This document shows, piece after piece, positions 24,817 to 38,134 of a DNA stretch of 64,000 nucleotides. The stretch spans positions 24,994,750 to 25,058,749 of the forward strand of contig NC_057719.1 in NCBI RefSeq assembly GCF_004010195.1, given 5' to 3'. The DNA comes from Chiloscyllium plagiosum. Its lineage: Eukaryota. Positions within the stretch are counted from its first letter, which is position 1. The number at the start of each line of letters is the position of its first letter. A program made the translations under genes and the position numbers. Below the pieces are notes generated by a model. It was not told the DNA's origin. It worked only from the letters and a program-made list of their open reading frames with translations, and made no database searches.

Positions 24817-25489
24817 ACCTCTTTGCTGCAGCCAGATGTGGTTGGTCACGGCAAAACCTTTGGAGAATTCAATATCTTTCCCCTCAGAAAATCTATTCCA
24901 CACCAGGCATACAGCCTAAGTAATAAGACTATTACAATGGCAGAGCATGGAACATGTTGAATTTTCTTGCAAACGGGATTAATATTTAAATCAAAAGTTT
25001 CTTAGTTACATTTTCAAATGAATGACGTATTTTGGTGGGGCAAAGATGTGGAATATTTACCAAGTGACCACTTGGTAACAAGGGCTTATATGCAGGGTCT
25101 GACTAAACAACTGGTGTTGCAAGTACGTACTATTGCTTGGGTAGTTAGTAAAGGGTTACTGCAAAGTGGAAATTTAATTTGTGTTAATACCGAAGATACA
25201 GGATAAGGACCTTAAAAAGGTACTGAGATAGTTTAAGAATCTTGCGGATTACAAATGAAATCAGTAAAGGCAGGACTTGATGGTTTGGAGTCTCCTAACA
25301 TTTTAAGTAGAATAAATTACAGGTCATCAAGATGGAACATCAGATTAGCATTCTAACAATACAAAATGTAGTTGACAGTGGAAATTACAGTCAAACGTCA
25401 CAACAGATAGATCGAAGGTGATCCCATGGCTGTAGAAGATATCTTGAAAGGCCAGGGATGGTAGTGTGGATAAAGGGACGCCAAAAGGG

Positions 25490-26000
25490 GAGGCAATGGT
25501 TCAGTGGTATTATCACTGGATTGTTAATAGAGAGATCCAGGTAATGTTCTGAGGACAAAAACAGGTTGCTGGAAAACCTCAGCAGGTTTGAAGCAACTGT
25601 TAAAAGAAATCAAAGTTAATGTTTCAGGTCTGATGACCCTTTCTTAGAACTAAAGGAAGGGTCACCAGACCTAAAATGTTAACTTTGATTTCTCTGAGCA
25701 GATACCACCAGCCCTGCTGAGCTTGTCCTGCAACCTCTATTTTTGTTTGATTTACAGCATCCACAGTTTTTTTCAGTTTTTACTGTTCTGTTTTGAATCC
25801 TGCCATGGAGGAGTTTGGATTCCATACAAATCTGGGATTAAGTGTCTAATGACAACTGTAACATTGTTGGAAAAACCTGTCCTTTAAATGTTCTTTGGGG
25901 AAGGAAACTGCCATACTTACCTAGTATGGCCTATGAGATTCCAGATCCACAACAATATGGTTGACTCTTAACTGCTCTCTGGGCAATTTGAGATTGGCGA
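25490..26000 (+). mobile_element. tRNA-derived SINE interrupted by an inverted-arm PLE mini-element (~25555-25780)
   Basis: SINE body similar to 35925-36250 and to the reverse complement of 59700-60410; TGTTCTG on both sides of the insert; insert centre is a palindrome of degenerate HHR (GGTCTGATGACCCTT/AAGGGTCACCAGACC). Confidence 0.65.
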
Positions 26001-26774
26001 CGCCCTTGTCTTGTAATTTTTTTTAGAAAACACATCTTTCCAGATATCAGGGTAAAAAGGCCAAGGTGGTTAGAAGTAATGAGTGGAGATGTTTTCGTTC
26101 CAGTTGAAACCAAGCAACAACTCTTTCTCCTTTGTCAAGCTCAGGAGAAAGGTAGCAGGAGTCTGGCCTTGTGATCATGGCTCCAGAGAAGCCAAGATGG
26201 AACATAGCAGAACTGTCAGGGAATGGATTATTACATAAAGAGCTAAACTCGTGACTTGAATTGGATCACATCCATGGTCTTACACAAGATCTGGAATTTG
26301 GCAGGAATCTGATGTACTTCTCCTTAACTAACCTCAGTGTTTTTGTTCCTTCTTTGTACATCTTACTGACGGATGGTTTCCAAAAAAAAAAGTTAGCCTT
26401 GTTAGCCCTCAAAGCGCTAACATATCCAATATCCATCTTTTCACAAATGTTCCTTCAGCTCCGTGTTCAAGGCAAAGTTGTCACAGGCAATCATTCATTC
26501 CTCAGACCCAAACATGAACGCATGCACACACTTTCCAATCAAAGAATTTTATGGCATACAGTGGGGTGGTAGGCCAATTTTCCTTTCCAACTGTCCAACC
26601 CCTACCTCCACCACTGTACTATAACCAAATGTGTCCCCATTGATGTGAATAGGGTAGCAACAAGTGCAGCACAGAATTTGGCTTCGTTCCACTAGGTATG
26701 TATTTCATTTTAACCTTTAAATTCTGATTGCTGTAAAACAAATTTCAGAGGCTAAAACAGTGAATAATCCTTAC

Positions 26775-26836
26775 CTTTCCCTCATCTGCAAACCTTTTCA
26801 GATAATCTTTCAGTTCAGACTTTAAATCGTTGTATT
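26775..26836 (-). CDS. UBR7: UBR7 exon 10
   Basis: gtctag|AA..AAG|gtaagg; 62 nt; EYNDLKSELKDYLKRFADEGK. Confidence 0.96.
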
Positions 26837-26944
26837 CTAGACAAGAAAAGAAACCACAAAGTGAATGTAATGACTTAATTCTGTGGTCCGGCATTTCTAT
26901 CCAGTATGGAAAATAAGTTTACTGGAGACAAGCAGCACTTCGTA

Positions 26945-27655
26945 AAAACTAGGAGCAGGAGGCGGCCATCTGGCCATTCGAGCTTGCTCGCCATTCAATA
27001 TGATCATAACTGTTCTTTTTGTGGCATCAGCTCCTTACCCACCCTCTCACCAAAACCCTTAATTCCTTTACTGTTTAAAAAATCTTAGCTTTAAAAACAT
27101 TCAATGACGAAGCCTCAACTACTTTGCTATTCTACAGATTCACAACACTTTGTGTGAAGAAGTTACTCCTCAATTCAGTCCTAATTTTGAGGTTTGCCCT
27201 CTTGTTCTAAATTCACCCACCAGTGGAAACAACCTCCCTGCTTCTATATTATCTATTCTCCTCTTAATTTTATATTTTTCTGGGATTTCATTCCTCCCCC
27301 CCCCCCCCACCATTCTAAATTCCAATGAATATAATCTCTGTCTAATCAGTCTCTCCTCATCAGCCAAACCCCTCAAACTCTGAAAACAATCTAGGTGAAC
27401 CTCCTCTACCCACCACCCCCCACCCCAAATCTAGTGCCAGTACATCCTTTCTCAAGTAAGGAGACCAAAACAGCAATGGTATTCCAGGTGTGGTGTAGCC
27501 TCACCAGCACCCTATACAGCTTCAACATACCCTCCCTGCTTTTAAATTCAACCCCTTTAGCAATGATGGACTAAATTCCATTTGTCTTCTTAAGTACCTG
27601 TTGCTCCTGCAAACCACCTTCTGCAATTCATGCAGAAGGACACCCAGGTCCCTTA
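26945..27655 (-). mobile_element. CR1 3' portion
   Basis: RGLADEERLIRQRLYSLEFRM..NIEAGRLFPLVGEFRTRG on the - strand, plus tail. Confidence 0.8.
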
Positions 27656-28265
27656 GCACATGGCTTCGCGTGTGCTGACAGTTTAATTATGGAAACCAGA
27701 GAATCAGAAGCTGTAGATTTCATAGCATTTCCACCATACACTATTTTTTTTAATGGATACCCTTAACAACTCATTATTTAGTGACAATTTTCAGACATTT
27801 TCACTTTCAAAGGAAAATCCTCTTGGAGAAGCCATTGCTCACAAGGTTTTAGTAAACCTCCCATAAGGGGTAAAGAGAGAAGCTTTGAGATCTAGTATTA
27901 AAAATTAGCAATATTGAAAATCCTCTATCCCAACACTACACTCTAGATCCTAAATCCTGAACATATATTCTAGAACAAATGAAAAACCTAAAAGGTGAGC
28001 AGAATCTGATATTATTCCATCTACTGTCTTTCAAAAAAGTTTGTATATAAGTGCAGAACTTAATTTCACAAAAACTGACAAAAGATTGAGCACATTACTC
28101 TGGAAACCCATCTCATAACCTAACTTCACAGGGCTTGATCTCTCGACCACATTGCAAAAGAAGACTTGGAAAAAAAATCAGGTGACCCAGCAGCTAAGGA
28201 TCAAACTAAAATGCTTTGGAAAATCTCTATTCAATTATCACCAGAGAAGAAAAGGACTGGTTTAC

Positions 28266-28434
28266 CATAAATGAGTTCAACTTGTTGGATTCTATTCATG
28301 TTGCTCAGAGCTGTCATCAATGGATCACATTTTTCTCGTTCAGTCTCTTCAACTGTTTTGCCTTTATTTTCATAAGCCAGCACGGTATCAAATTCATCCA
28401 ACAGGAAGGAGATTTCTAGTTCGTTATACAGGTT
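28266..28434 (-). CDS. UBR7: UBR7 exon 9
   Basis: ttttcag|AAC..TATG|gtaaac; 169 nt; NLYNELEISFLLDEFDTVLAYENKGK...DPLMTALSNMNRIQQVELIY. Confidence 0.96.
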
Positions 28435-29149
28435 CTGAAAAGAAAGACCAACTCTTACGTGTGAATACAAACTGACCAAGTCGCAATGAGAAAGACTTTA
28501 CTTCCCTCAACACCCTGTCAATGAACACCTCATTTTTAAAAAAAGAATTGAAAAGTTTTGTTTTCAATCACTGACTTGAACAAAACTTGAGACAATTGTG
28601 GAAGTAGAAAGGAATTTCTTCTAACTAAAACCGCTAAATTATCAACATACATCAGTATTTCATTCACAGAATGTGTAAAATGTAAATCAGTATTTAGTCT
28701 TCATTTCACCATTTAAAATAAAATCATTTAGATACATTAGAATTTCCTTTGTTAAGCAGGTTTCTTCACTCGTCTTGCAGAAGCACAGCCTGTCACTTGT
28801 ATTTTCAGTTGCAAGACCAACCACTACTACTTGTCCAGAGATACACTTGAAAGCATCCCCAACTAATGGATACAGTATTGTGTGTACAGGAATGTGACAG
28901 TTATCAGCAATCCAAGCACAAACGTTATAGTTATACTGCTTTCACGGGGGGGAGAGGGGAGGAATACTGCCATTTTCCTTTCTCTTCCCAAAACTCAGCT
29001 TTGCACCAACATTCCCAAACACAAAATTAAATATACATATACAAACAGCCCCTGGATTGCATACAGGTTCCATTCACAAGTCAATTTGTACACGTCAGAT
29101 CACAATTCAGGACAACATTAAGAAGCTGATCATAACTACAAGAAATGTC

Positions 29150-32100
29150 TATATATTTCAGGTCTTTAAAATTACACCCCTGTATCAGATCACCTTTAAT
29201 GTCTGACCATCACGCTCATTACCCTAATCCCACCATCCCACATATCCCTCAATCCCTTTAGCCACAAGAGCTACATTCACCTTCTTCTTAAAAACACTGT
29301 TTTGGCCTCAACCACTTTCTTTGTTAGTGAATTATATTGGCTCACTATTCTCTGGGTGAAGACATTTCCCCTCATCTCAATCCAAAAGGTTTACCACTTA
29401 TCCTTAAGCTATGACTTCTATTTCTGGACTCCCCCACTATTAGGAACAGCCTTCTGCCTAGTTCTGTTAGAATTTTATAGGTTTCTACGAGATCCCACAT
29501 CCCACCTCCTCCTCCTTTCTCCCCCCCCCCCCATTCTTCCAAACTGCAGTGAATACAATCCTAACTGACACAAACTCTCCTTATCAAAGTCCTGCCACCT
29601 CAGGAATAAATTTAGTAAACCTTCACTATACCTCTATAGCAAGAACGTCTTCTGCAGGCAAGGAGACCAAAACAGCACACAGTATTCCAAGTGCAGCCTC
29701 AAAAATGCCCTGTATGATCACCGCAAGACATCTTTGTTCCTGTACTCGAATCTTCTCATTCTCACCTGTGTGGCTACTTTCAGTGACTGGTTCTTAAGGA
29801 CACCCAGGTTTCATTGAACATTCACCTTTCTCAATTTACAACTATGCAAATAATAATCTGCCTTCGTGTTTTTGCTACCAGTGGATAACCTCACATTTAT
29901 CCACATTATGCTGCATTTGCCCACTCACTCAGTCTATTCAAACCAGACTGCAACATCTCTGTATCCTCACAACTCACCCTACATCATTAACACAATGTGA
30001 ATAGCAGGGGTCCCCATACCAATCCCACTAGTCATTGCCTGCCATTCAGAAAAAGACCATTTATTCCTATTCTCATTCCCTGTCTGCTAACCAGCTTTCT
30101 TTCCATCTTAATATATCAGCCATAATCCCGTGTAGTTTAATTTTACACATTAATCTCTTATGTGGGGCTATGTCAAAAGCCTCCTGAACATCCAAATAAA
30201 TCACATCCACTAAACACCCCCATCAACTCTATTAGTGACATCTCTGAAGAATTCCAGGAGATTTAACAAGCATGATTTCCCTTTTGTAAATCCATGCTGA
30301 CTGCGCCTGATTCTATGACTGTTTCTAAGTGCTCTGCTGTAAAATCCTGGATAATGGACTCTGGCATCATCCCACTATTGATCTCTCATTCATTGGTCTG
30401 TAATTCCCCATTTCCTCTCCAATTCCCTTTTTAAATAGGGAGATTACATTAGTTACCCTCCAATCTGTAGGAACTATTCCAGAATCGAAAGATGACCACC
30501 AATGCAACCATTATTTCTATGGCCTCTTCCTCAAGTACTTTGGGATGTCGTTTATCAGGCTTTGAGGATTTATCTACCTTCAATCCCATCAATTTCTTCA
30601 ATACAATTTCTCTACTAATACAAATTCGCTTCAGTTCCTCTCTCTCACTAAACTCTGTGTTCCCCTTCATTTCTGGTATTAGTGTAACCTCCTTTGAGGT
30701 GACAGAAGCAAAGCACGAACATAAATGTTCATCTTGCTTTATGCATCTCCTGTGCAGCATTACTTGTATGTCTCAATCTAAGCACCCTATGATCTGTGTA
30801 CATTCTTGTTTGTTATGATCTGCCTGTACTGCTTGCAAAAGAAAGCAATACAATAAATCAAACCAAAATTTAGTTTGTCAGTCATTTTTGTTTCCCATTA
30901 TAAATTAATGTAAAGGATTATAAATTAGTTTTCACTGATCTTTTTTTCTTCACATACTAATAGAAATTTCCACAGTCAGTTCTTATATTCCCCACAAGCT
31001 TACTCTATTTTCCCCTTCTTAAATCACTTGGTCCTCCTTTGCTGAGTTCTAAACTATTCCCAATCCTTTGCTCACTTATTTTTTTCTTGCTAATTTATGC
31101 TTATACTAACTTCCATAGTCAAAAATCACACAACACCAGGTTATAGTCCAACAGGTTTATTTGGAAGCACTAGCTTTCAGAACACTGCTTCTTCATCAAG
31201 TAAAGGAGCAGTGCTCCAAAAGCTAGTGCTTCTAAATAAGCCTGTTGGGACTATAACCTGGTGTGTTATTTTTAGCTTTGTACACCCCAATCCAACACCA
31301 GCATCTCCAAATCATGACTAATTTCCATGGTTTGACCACTCTTCTATCTGGAGTCTTAACGTCTGTAGTTTAAAGACTCTTACAAATACTCTTTCTAGGC
31401 ATCAGTCCTGGTGCTGCTCACGTAACCTGCCCAGTTTATATCAGTACCACTGTTCCCCAGAACTAGTCCCAATGCCCCAGGAAACTGATACCCTCAGGGT
31501 CCCACCATCTCTTTAGCCACATGTTCATCTGCTATATCCTACAATTTCCATTCTGGCTAGCACGTGGCACTGGTAGTAATCCTGAGATCACCAACTTGAA
31601 GGTTCTACTTTTCAGCTCGCTTCTTAATATTATCCTTTTTAAGGCCTTATCCCTTTTTTCTTAAAAAAAAGAAAATAATTATTATTAGTATGAATACATT
31701 CCACAACCACTGGCTATTCGCATTCTCTCTGCCCTCCCTCCCCAGGCTGTCCTTTAGCTGCTCAGAGATATCCTTGATACTTGCACCAGGGAGGTAACAT
31801 ACCATCCTAGAGTCTTGATTGAGCCACAGAAATGTCTGTCTATTCCTCTTACAGTTGAATCCCTGATGTCTACTGAATTTCCACACTTTTTGCTCCTCTG
31901 TTGTGCAACTGAGCCAACCATGGCACCACAAATTTGAGTCAATGATGATTTTCCCAGAGAAGTCATTCCCCTCAACTGTATCCAAAGCAGTCTGTCTATC
32001 AGGGAATGGCCACAGGGAGTTCCTGCACTGCCAGCCTAATCTTCTTACACTGCCTGGTGGTCCCCCATTCCCTCTCTGCCTATTGAGTCTTAGCTGCGGT

Positions 32101-32335
32101 GTAACCACCTCTCTGTCCATGCTACGCACAATTCTCTCAGCTTCCTGGATGCTCCAGTGTGTCCTGAGCTGTCACTCCAGTTCCAAAATCCAAGGGCTTC
32201 CAGGAGTGCAGCTGGAGACACTTCCTGCACACATTCCAGGCCCCCACACTGGAAATGTGCTCAGCTTCCCACAAAGCTGGAGAAGCAAACCCAGCTTTGA
32301 GCCCTCTTGCCATCACTTACCCGGCTAAATTAAAG
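29150..32335 (-). mobile_element. Long degraded CR1 LINE including ORF1 esterase-like region
   Basis: ORF2 remnants (ISREIVLKKLMGLKVDKSSKPDKRHPKVLEE) and ORF1 remnants (DSTVRGIDRHFCG; SRMVCYLPGASIKDISEQL); many frameshifts. Confidence 0.8.
31117..31316. mobile_element. Family D PLE inverted-arm insertion nested in CR1
   Basis: Inverted arms around degenerate HHRs; near-TSD ACTAA(C/T)TTCCAT at 31105-31116 and 31317-31328. Confidence 0.8.
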
Positions 32336-32726
32336 TTTTTAGAAGATGCTTAATATCAAATATCAACTTCTCTAGGGCCCTTCTGTAGTAACAAGGAACA
32401 GGGAAAAAAAAATACAGGCCTTAAACTATAAACCACAAAAGGACCCTACAAACCATAAGCACTAATCATTGTAAATATTTAACTAATCTTTCTTACTACT
32501 TAAAAATCGGCTCTCTCCCTTGAAGCCTCTAGTCCAGTTTTATTCCATTCTAACCACTCCAAACTTCCTGTGACGTCTTTGTTTCCTCCTGTTATGGACC
32601 AGGCCAGACCCCCTCAAAACATTTCAAGAAAGCGGCTCAGGCCCTAACTTTGCCATTTGTTTTAAGCAGGTGTAACACGGTTATTCCAGGACTGGTCAAA
32701 CTACTTAGTTTTAAACAAAACAGAAT

Positions 32727-33016
32727 TTAGATTAGATTAGATTAGATTACTTACAGTGTGGAAACAGGCCCTTCGGCCCAACAAGTCCACACCGCCCCGC
32801 CGAAGCGCAACCCACCCATACCCCTACATTTACCCCTTACCTAACACTACGGACAATTTAGCATGGCCAATTCACTTGAGCTGCACATCTTTGGACTGTG
32901 GGAGGAAACCGGAGCACCCGGAGGAAACCCACACAGACACGGGGAGAACGTGCAAACTCCACACAGTCAGTCGCCTGAGGCGGGAACTGAACCCGGGTCT
33001 CTGGCGCTGTGAGGCA
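32727..33016 (-). mobile_element. HE1-type V-SINE, young
   Basis: CpG-rich copy with V-domain and (TTAGA)n tail; lacks the first ~30 nt of the head. Confidence 0.88.
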
Positions 33017-33765
33017 ATTTATTTACAACATTACCAAATGAAACATAAACAAAAAGAACAGAATACCAAATAACTTAACCTGAGAACTCAACAGTTCATC
33101 CCAACTTAATGACGCTGACTGAGAGGACACTTCCCAGAGTGCTTCACCATGTCACAGACTGTGTGGCCAGCCTTCCCAGAGTGCTTCACTGTGACACTGT
33201 TCCTAAATTTATTTCCAAGTCAGACATTTGCAAATTGGGGAGTCCCTGTAATAGTGCTTTGGAAGTGAACATCAAATTGTACTTTGGATATCTATCTGCT
33301 TATGTCCTTTCATTTGTGGACGTTCTATCAGCTTTAGATGAATAAGCAATTATATTGGTGTTTGCAGATGGCTCCCTTTGCAATTTGGATTGTAACTGAT
33401 GGCCACGTTTTGGTTTCCAAAATAGAACTCGCAAAAAAGTGCAAGTGCTGGAAAAACAATAAACCAGAACAGTTAGAAGAAACAGCAACTGTAGGAGACA
33501 AGTTTCAGAGTTTCAGTGAAGAACTAGAGATTGAATGTTGATTAGCTGCAACTTCATGTAATTAGGGATGTAGAACATCTCTGACATTACTAGTTTCAAA
33601 AATGTTACAAGAAAGATTTGTGGTGCTGGTTTAACCAAAACTTGGAATTTTTGTATCTTTTAGTTTAAAAAAAAAGATAAAGTAAACAAGTACGATTCAA
33701 ATCAAAATCATTTTAAAAACTGGGGTGGTGACAGGGAGAAAAGTCATGGGAGAAGACAAACATAC

Positions 33766-33924
33766 CATGCAAGACTGGCAGGTACACAGCTTATTACGCC
33801 AGTTATGAGGCCAGTAGGTGGCACAGTCTCTCTGCAATTCACCCTTTTTCTTCACCTGCTGCAGTTTGCAACCTGTGACATTCTCCTCCTTCACGCTGCA
33901 ACTTGCATCGTCACCACTGGCTCC
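33766..33924 (-). CDS. UBR7: UBR7 exon 8
   Basis: gtattccag|GGA..ATG|gtatgt; 159 nt; GCKLQQVKKK..ATYWPHNWRNKLCTCQSCM. Confidence 0.95.
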
Positions 33925-35522
33925 CTGGAATACAAAATGGAACAACCTTTTTAACAAATGTAGCTGTTCGAGAGGATATATTTTAGGATTGTAACTTCTG
34001 ATTTCTAATTTTCTGGGTCTGGAGTATGGGGTTTTTGTGGGACAATGAGAGAGAGCTCAGTCTGGATAGCTTATGAAATAGGCTTGGAGTTGCATAATAA
34101 ACAGTGAGAAGTCCTCTCGTGTTGCAACTAGGATTGTAATGGCAGCTCTCAGTATCTGAAGGTGGCAGGTTTCTAGGCAACTGAGGAGAGGGCTTGAAGC
34201 GAAGGTATAAAATCGGGAGTGGAGTTAAATTATTTATGTAATTTTACAAAATCCAAAGAAAGGATTGAAGATAGTTTGCAAATTGCCATGCACTTTCAGA
34301 TTAAAAAGCAGTTTAAAGACAAGTATTTTTATCTAAAGACCAGCTGTGTCACTTTGGACATAAGGAGGGGGAAGGTTCTTGACTATGAAATTGGAGATTT
34401 TGGAACAGTCTGTAAGGCAGTGTGCCTGTCAGCAGTGTGGAGAAGACAGGCTGAGTCTGCCAGGTGCTCTCGAAAAGTGCAATAGAAGCACAGAGCTCTG
34501 ACTGTATGCAGGGACTATAAGCGTGACCGATGCTGCAAAAAAAACAAACATGCAGATTCATGGAAATTAAGATCTGCCTAGTGAAGCTATATGGATGAAA
34601 TTGGCAGTGAATTTCTCAAAGAGAAAAAATTTTGGGAGCAATTATCAGATTGCGAGTTTGAGTGAATTCCTGGGAGCTGTGACAAACAGAGGTTTGGCTC
34701 CAGAATGGAATATCCCTCAGGAAGTTGTAGTGGGTAAAAATGGATTTGTGGTTGAAATTGAAAAGTAGAACAGGGGGTGTTCTGTTTGGGATTTTGGTTC
34801 AAGGCATAAGTACTTACAAGGGATGTATTTGTTTCTCTTTAAATAATAGCAGTAGATTTTTTTCCCTTTGGGAAAAAAAAGGAAAAAACTCATTGCGTGG
34901 CCATTTCAGTTAGTAACTGAGGTTGAATTTCTACTTAAAAATCACCGGTCTCTGAGATGATAAGTTATTTTTTAAACAAATACAACACCAGGTGTGAAAC
35001 ATCTCAATTGAAAGAGCATACTTAAACTTACGACATTCTAGTAACTTGTTAAAAGAAAAACTACAATGGGCATCAGTGAGTAACTGATTGCCTATCAGGG
35101 ATTAGCCAAACTATGGAATTGAAACCCAAGTTACTTCACATAAACTTTGAATTATAGGGATGTCCATAGCCAATGAGATGACCCGTAAGCTCCATACAGT
35201 CCTTCAAAGATTACAATTTATTCACAGATTCACAAAAGTAAAATGAATAATAAAATACAAAACCTGGAGGTAACTGTAATTGAAGAGAAACAAATAAGCA
35301 TTTGGGTCACAGTTGATGGGAGTTTTGACAATTGAACTGAAAAGTTTAAAACCCAAAAGATCAACACTGCTACAAGCATACATATAAAGAAACTGTTGTG
35401 TTTGATTTACAGCACATCACAAGGCAGAGAGTCTATCGCTTGCTTTATACACTCCAAAATATTTAAATGGAAGACTGAAGTGGCAGAGTCTGGTCTTACT
35501 GGCTTTATACCAGTACTGTACT

Positions 35523-35560
35523 GATTCCTGAAGAAGGGCCTGTGCCCGAAACGTCGAATC
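35523..35560 (+). ncRNA. Minimal type I hammerhead ribozyme, intact core
   Basis: GATTC-CTGAAGA-A-GGGC-ctgt-GCCC-GAAAC-GTC^GAATC: 5-bp stem I, 4-bp stem II, palindromic ACGU stem III, predicted cleavage after 35555. Confidence 0.85.
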
Positions 35561-35651
35561 TCCTGTTCCCTGGATGCTGCCTGACCTGCTGTGCTGTTCC
35601 AGCAATAAAGTTTCAACTTTGATCTCCAGCATCTGCAGACCTCACTTTCTC
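35523..35651 (+). mobile_element. Family A HHR mini-element, monomer, intact
   Basis: TSD CTGTACT at 35516-35522 and 35652-35658; identical to the reverse complement of 59802-59930. Confidence 0.9.
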
Positions 35652-35924
35652 CTGTACTATGGCAATACTCAAAAGCTTTTATTAGGCCAGGCAGTAAAGC
35701 AGATCAAAAGCAAAAATCAGAGCACATCAAGTCACAGCACACAGGCCACTCAGCTGTACTGATTAATACCAGTATTATTGATCCACATGGATTCAGTGGC
35801 CTAGTAGTCACTTGGTTAGTAATCCAATACAGTGACTCAAATCTCACTATCAGGTGGTGAAATTTGAATTCAATAAAATCTGGCATTTAAATAAAAAATG
35901 TGTAATCACTATGAATTATTTTAG

Positions 35925-36250
35925 TGAGTGATAGTCTCGCAACAATACCACTAAAATATTAATCCAGAGACACGGGTAATGTTTTGGGAACATGGGTTCA
36001 AATGCTGCCATGGCAGACAGTAGAGTTGGAATTCAATAAAAATCTGGAATTAATGATGATCATTGTTGATGGTCAGAAAAACTCAACTTGTTCACTAATG
36101 TCTTTCAGAAAATGAAATCTGCCATCCTTACTGTCTGGAGTGCATGTGACTTGAAATCTGCACCAATGTGTTTATCTCTTAACTGCCCTCTGGGTTATCA
36201 GGGACACATAGTAAATGCTGGACTGGCCACTAATGCCCACACCCCCAGAG
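35925..36250 (+). mobile_element. tRNA-derived SINE, old
   Basis: B-box-like GGGTTCAAATGC; body similar to 25490-26000. Confidence 0.55.
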
Positions 36251-36930
36251 TGCATTTTTAAAAACACAAGCCTCCTTCCAAACCCATCAACAATGCTCAT
36301 TCCAAGGTTATGTATCAAGCTTCCTCATAAATTTATCAACACTCTTTTTTCAACTACTCCTTGCTGTACAGATTTCCATTTTGGATTTATTAGACAGTTT
36401 GGCCCCATTATTAAATCTTCTAAAAGTGGAAAATCTTTATGTCTATCCCATCAAATCTCATCATTTAAAAAAATAATCAGAACAACTCTTGTCTTTCTCC
36501 AAGAGAGGGAAACAAATCCCAACTTGCCCCATCTTCATAGATAATATTGGAATGGAAATCATTCTTGTAAACTTTTTTTAAAGAAAACTTGTATTCCTTG
36601 TGCCTGTATATAACGTTATTTTTAAAAATCAGACTGATCATTACAATTCACAGATTTACAGAATTCAAAATGTAGAGTAATTAGTTTAGACTACAAAGTT
36701 TACTAATGTCTTTTCTGCTTTTCAATTCTATCCATCTGGAAATTGTGAATATTTCGTGATTGTAATTTTTTTGTAATGTGGCCAGATTAAACAGTCAGTA
36801 TTTTGTCATTTGTGTATTAGCCCTAGATTCTTCTACTCCTGTGGCATTTAGACTCATTATTAAAGCAATAAGCGGCCTCCTTGTTCTTCCCAGCAAAACA
36901 CGCCACTTCACACCTCACCTTTGTGCCAAT

Positions 36931-37628
36931 TAATGAGAGGCTGAACAGGCTGTGGCTGTTTTCCCTGGAGCGTCAGAGGCTGAGGGGTGACCTTATAGAG
37001 GTTTACAAAATTATGAGGGGCATGGATAGGATAAATAGGCAAAGTCTTTTCCCTGGGGTCGGACAGTCCAGATCTAGAGGGCATAGGTTTAGGGTGAGAG
37101 GGGAAAGATATAAAAGAGACCCAAGGGGCAACTTTTTCACGCAGAGGGTGGTANNNNNNNNNNNNNNNNNNNNNNNNNNNNNNNNNNNNNNNNNNNNNNN
37201 NNNNNNNNNNNNNNNNNNNNNNNNNNNNNNNNNNNNNNNNNNNNNNNNNNNNNNNNNNNNNNNNNNNNNNNNNNNNNNNNNNNNNNNNNNNNNNNNNNNN
37301 NNNNNNNNNNNNNNNNNNNNNNNNNNNNNNNNNNNNNNNNNNNNNNNNNNNNNNNNNNNNNNNNNNNNNNNNNNNNNNNNNNNNNNNNNNNNNNNNNNNN
37401 NNNNNNNNNNNNNNNNNNNNNNNNNNNNNNNNNNNNNNNNNNNNNNNNNNNNNNNNNNNNNNNNNNNNNNNNNNNNNNNNNNNTGGATGGGTATATGAAT
37501 AGGAAGGGTTTGGAGGGATATGGGCCGGGTGCTGGCAGGTGGGACTAGATTGGATTGGGATATCTGGTCGGCATGGACGGGTTGGACCGAAGGGTCTGTT
37601 TCCATGCTGTACATCTCTATGACACTAT
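36931..37628 (+). mobile_element. Young CR1 3' end spanning an assembly gap
   Basis: ERLNRLWLFSLERQRLRGDLIEVYKIMRGMDRINRQSLFPG; near-identical to the 24420 and 61702 copies. Confidence 0.9.
37154..37483. other. Assembly gap (330 N)
   Basis: Run of N. Confidence 1.
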
Positions 37629-37940
37629 AACCAATGATTTGGAAAGAATTAGAAGATGGAACTGATGGCTAGATCAACCCGAGAACCAACAAGTACACAT
37701 TGGACTGAAGGGTTTCCTGTGCTGTAAATGCCCCCAAATCTTCATTCACTTGAGAATAAAGCACTCAACCCTGATTTATTTCATGGGAGAAAGCAATCCA
37801 ATAACATGAAGCACAAGTTGTGGATTTTTAGAAACCATGCACACAGACACTGATTCAATCTTCAATTAGAGGAAGATGGAAAATCAACTTGGTTCACTCA
37901 AAGTAAACAGTGTACATTTTAGTGAAAAAATCAATGTCAC

Positions 37941-38134
37941 CTCAGATTTCTCTTCGACTTTATAGCTTGTGGAAGGCTCGTTGTGTTTGGCTGCAGTTTC
38001 GTCAGATTTCGTTTCAATAGTCATTGCATTCTGATTATGTACATCTCCATTTTCCCGTATTGAGCACACGTCAACAGTACCATCCTCTACTTTGGTCAGT
38101 GGTCCACTGTTTTCAACGTCTGATGCTTTAGTCA
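37941..38134 (-). CDS. UBR7: UBR7 exon 7 (variable acidic linker)
   Basis: cttcgcccag|TG..GAG|gtgaca; 194 nt; phases fit neighbours; VTKASDVENSG...VEEKSE. Confidence 0.88.

Noticed and set aside
34190..34960. Possible LTR remnant
   Set aside because: No defensible TG..CA boundaries or TSD.
36881..37614. ~200-aa ORFs
   Set aside because: Artefacts of translating through the N gap inside a CR1 fragment.
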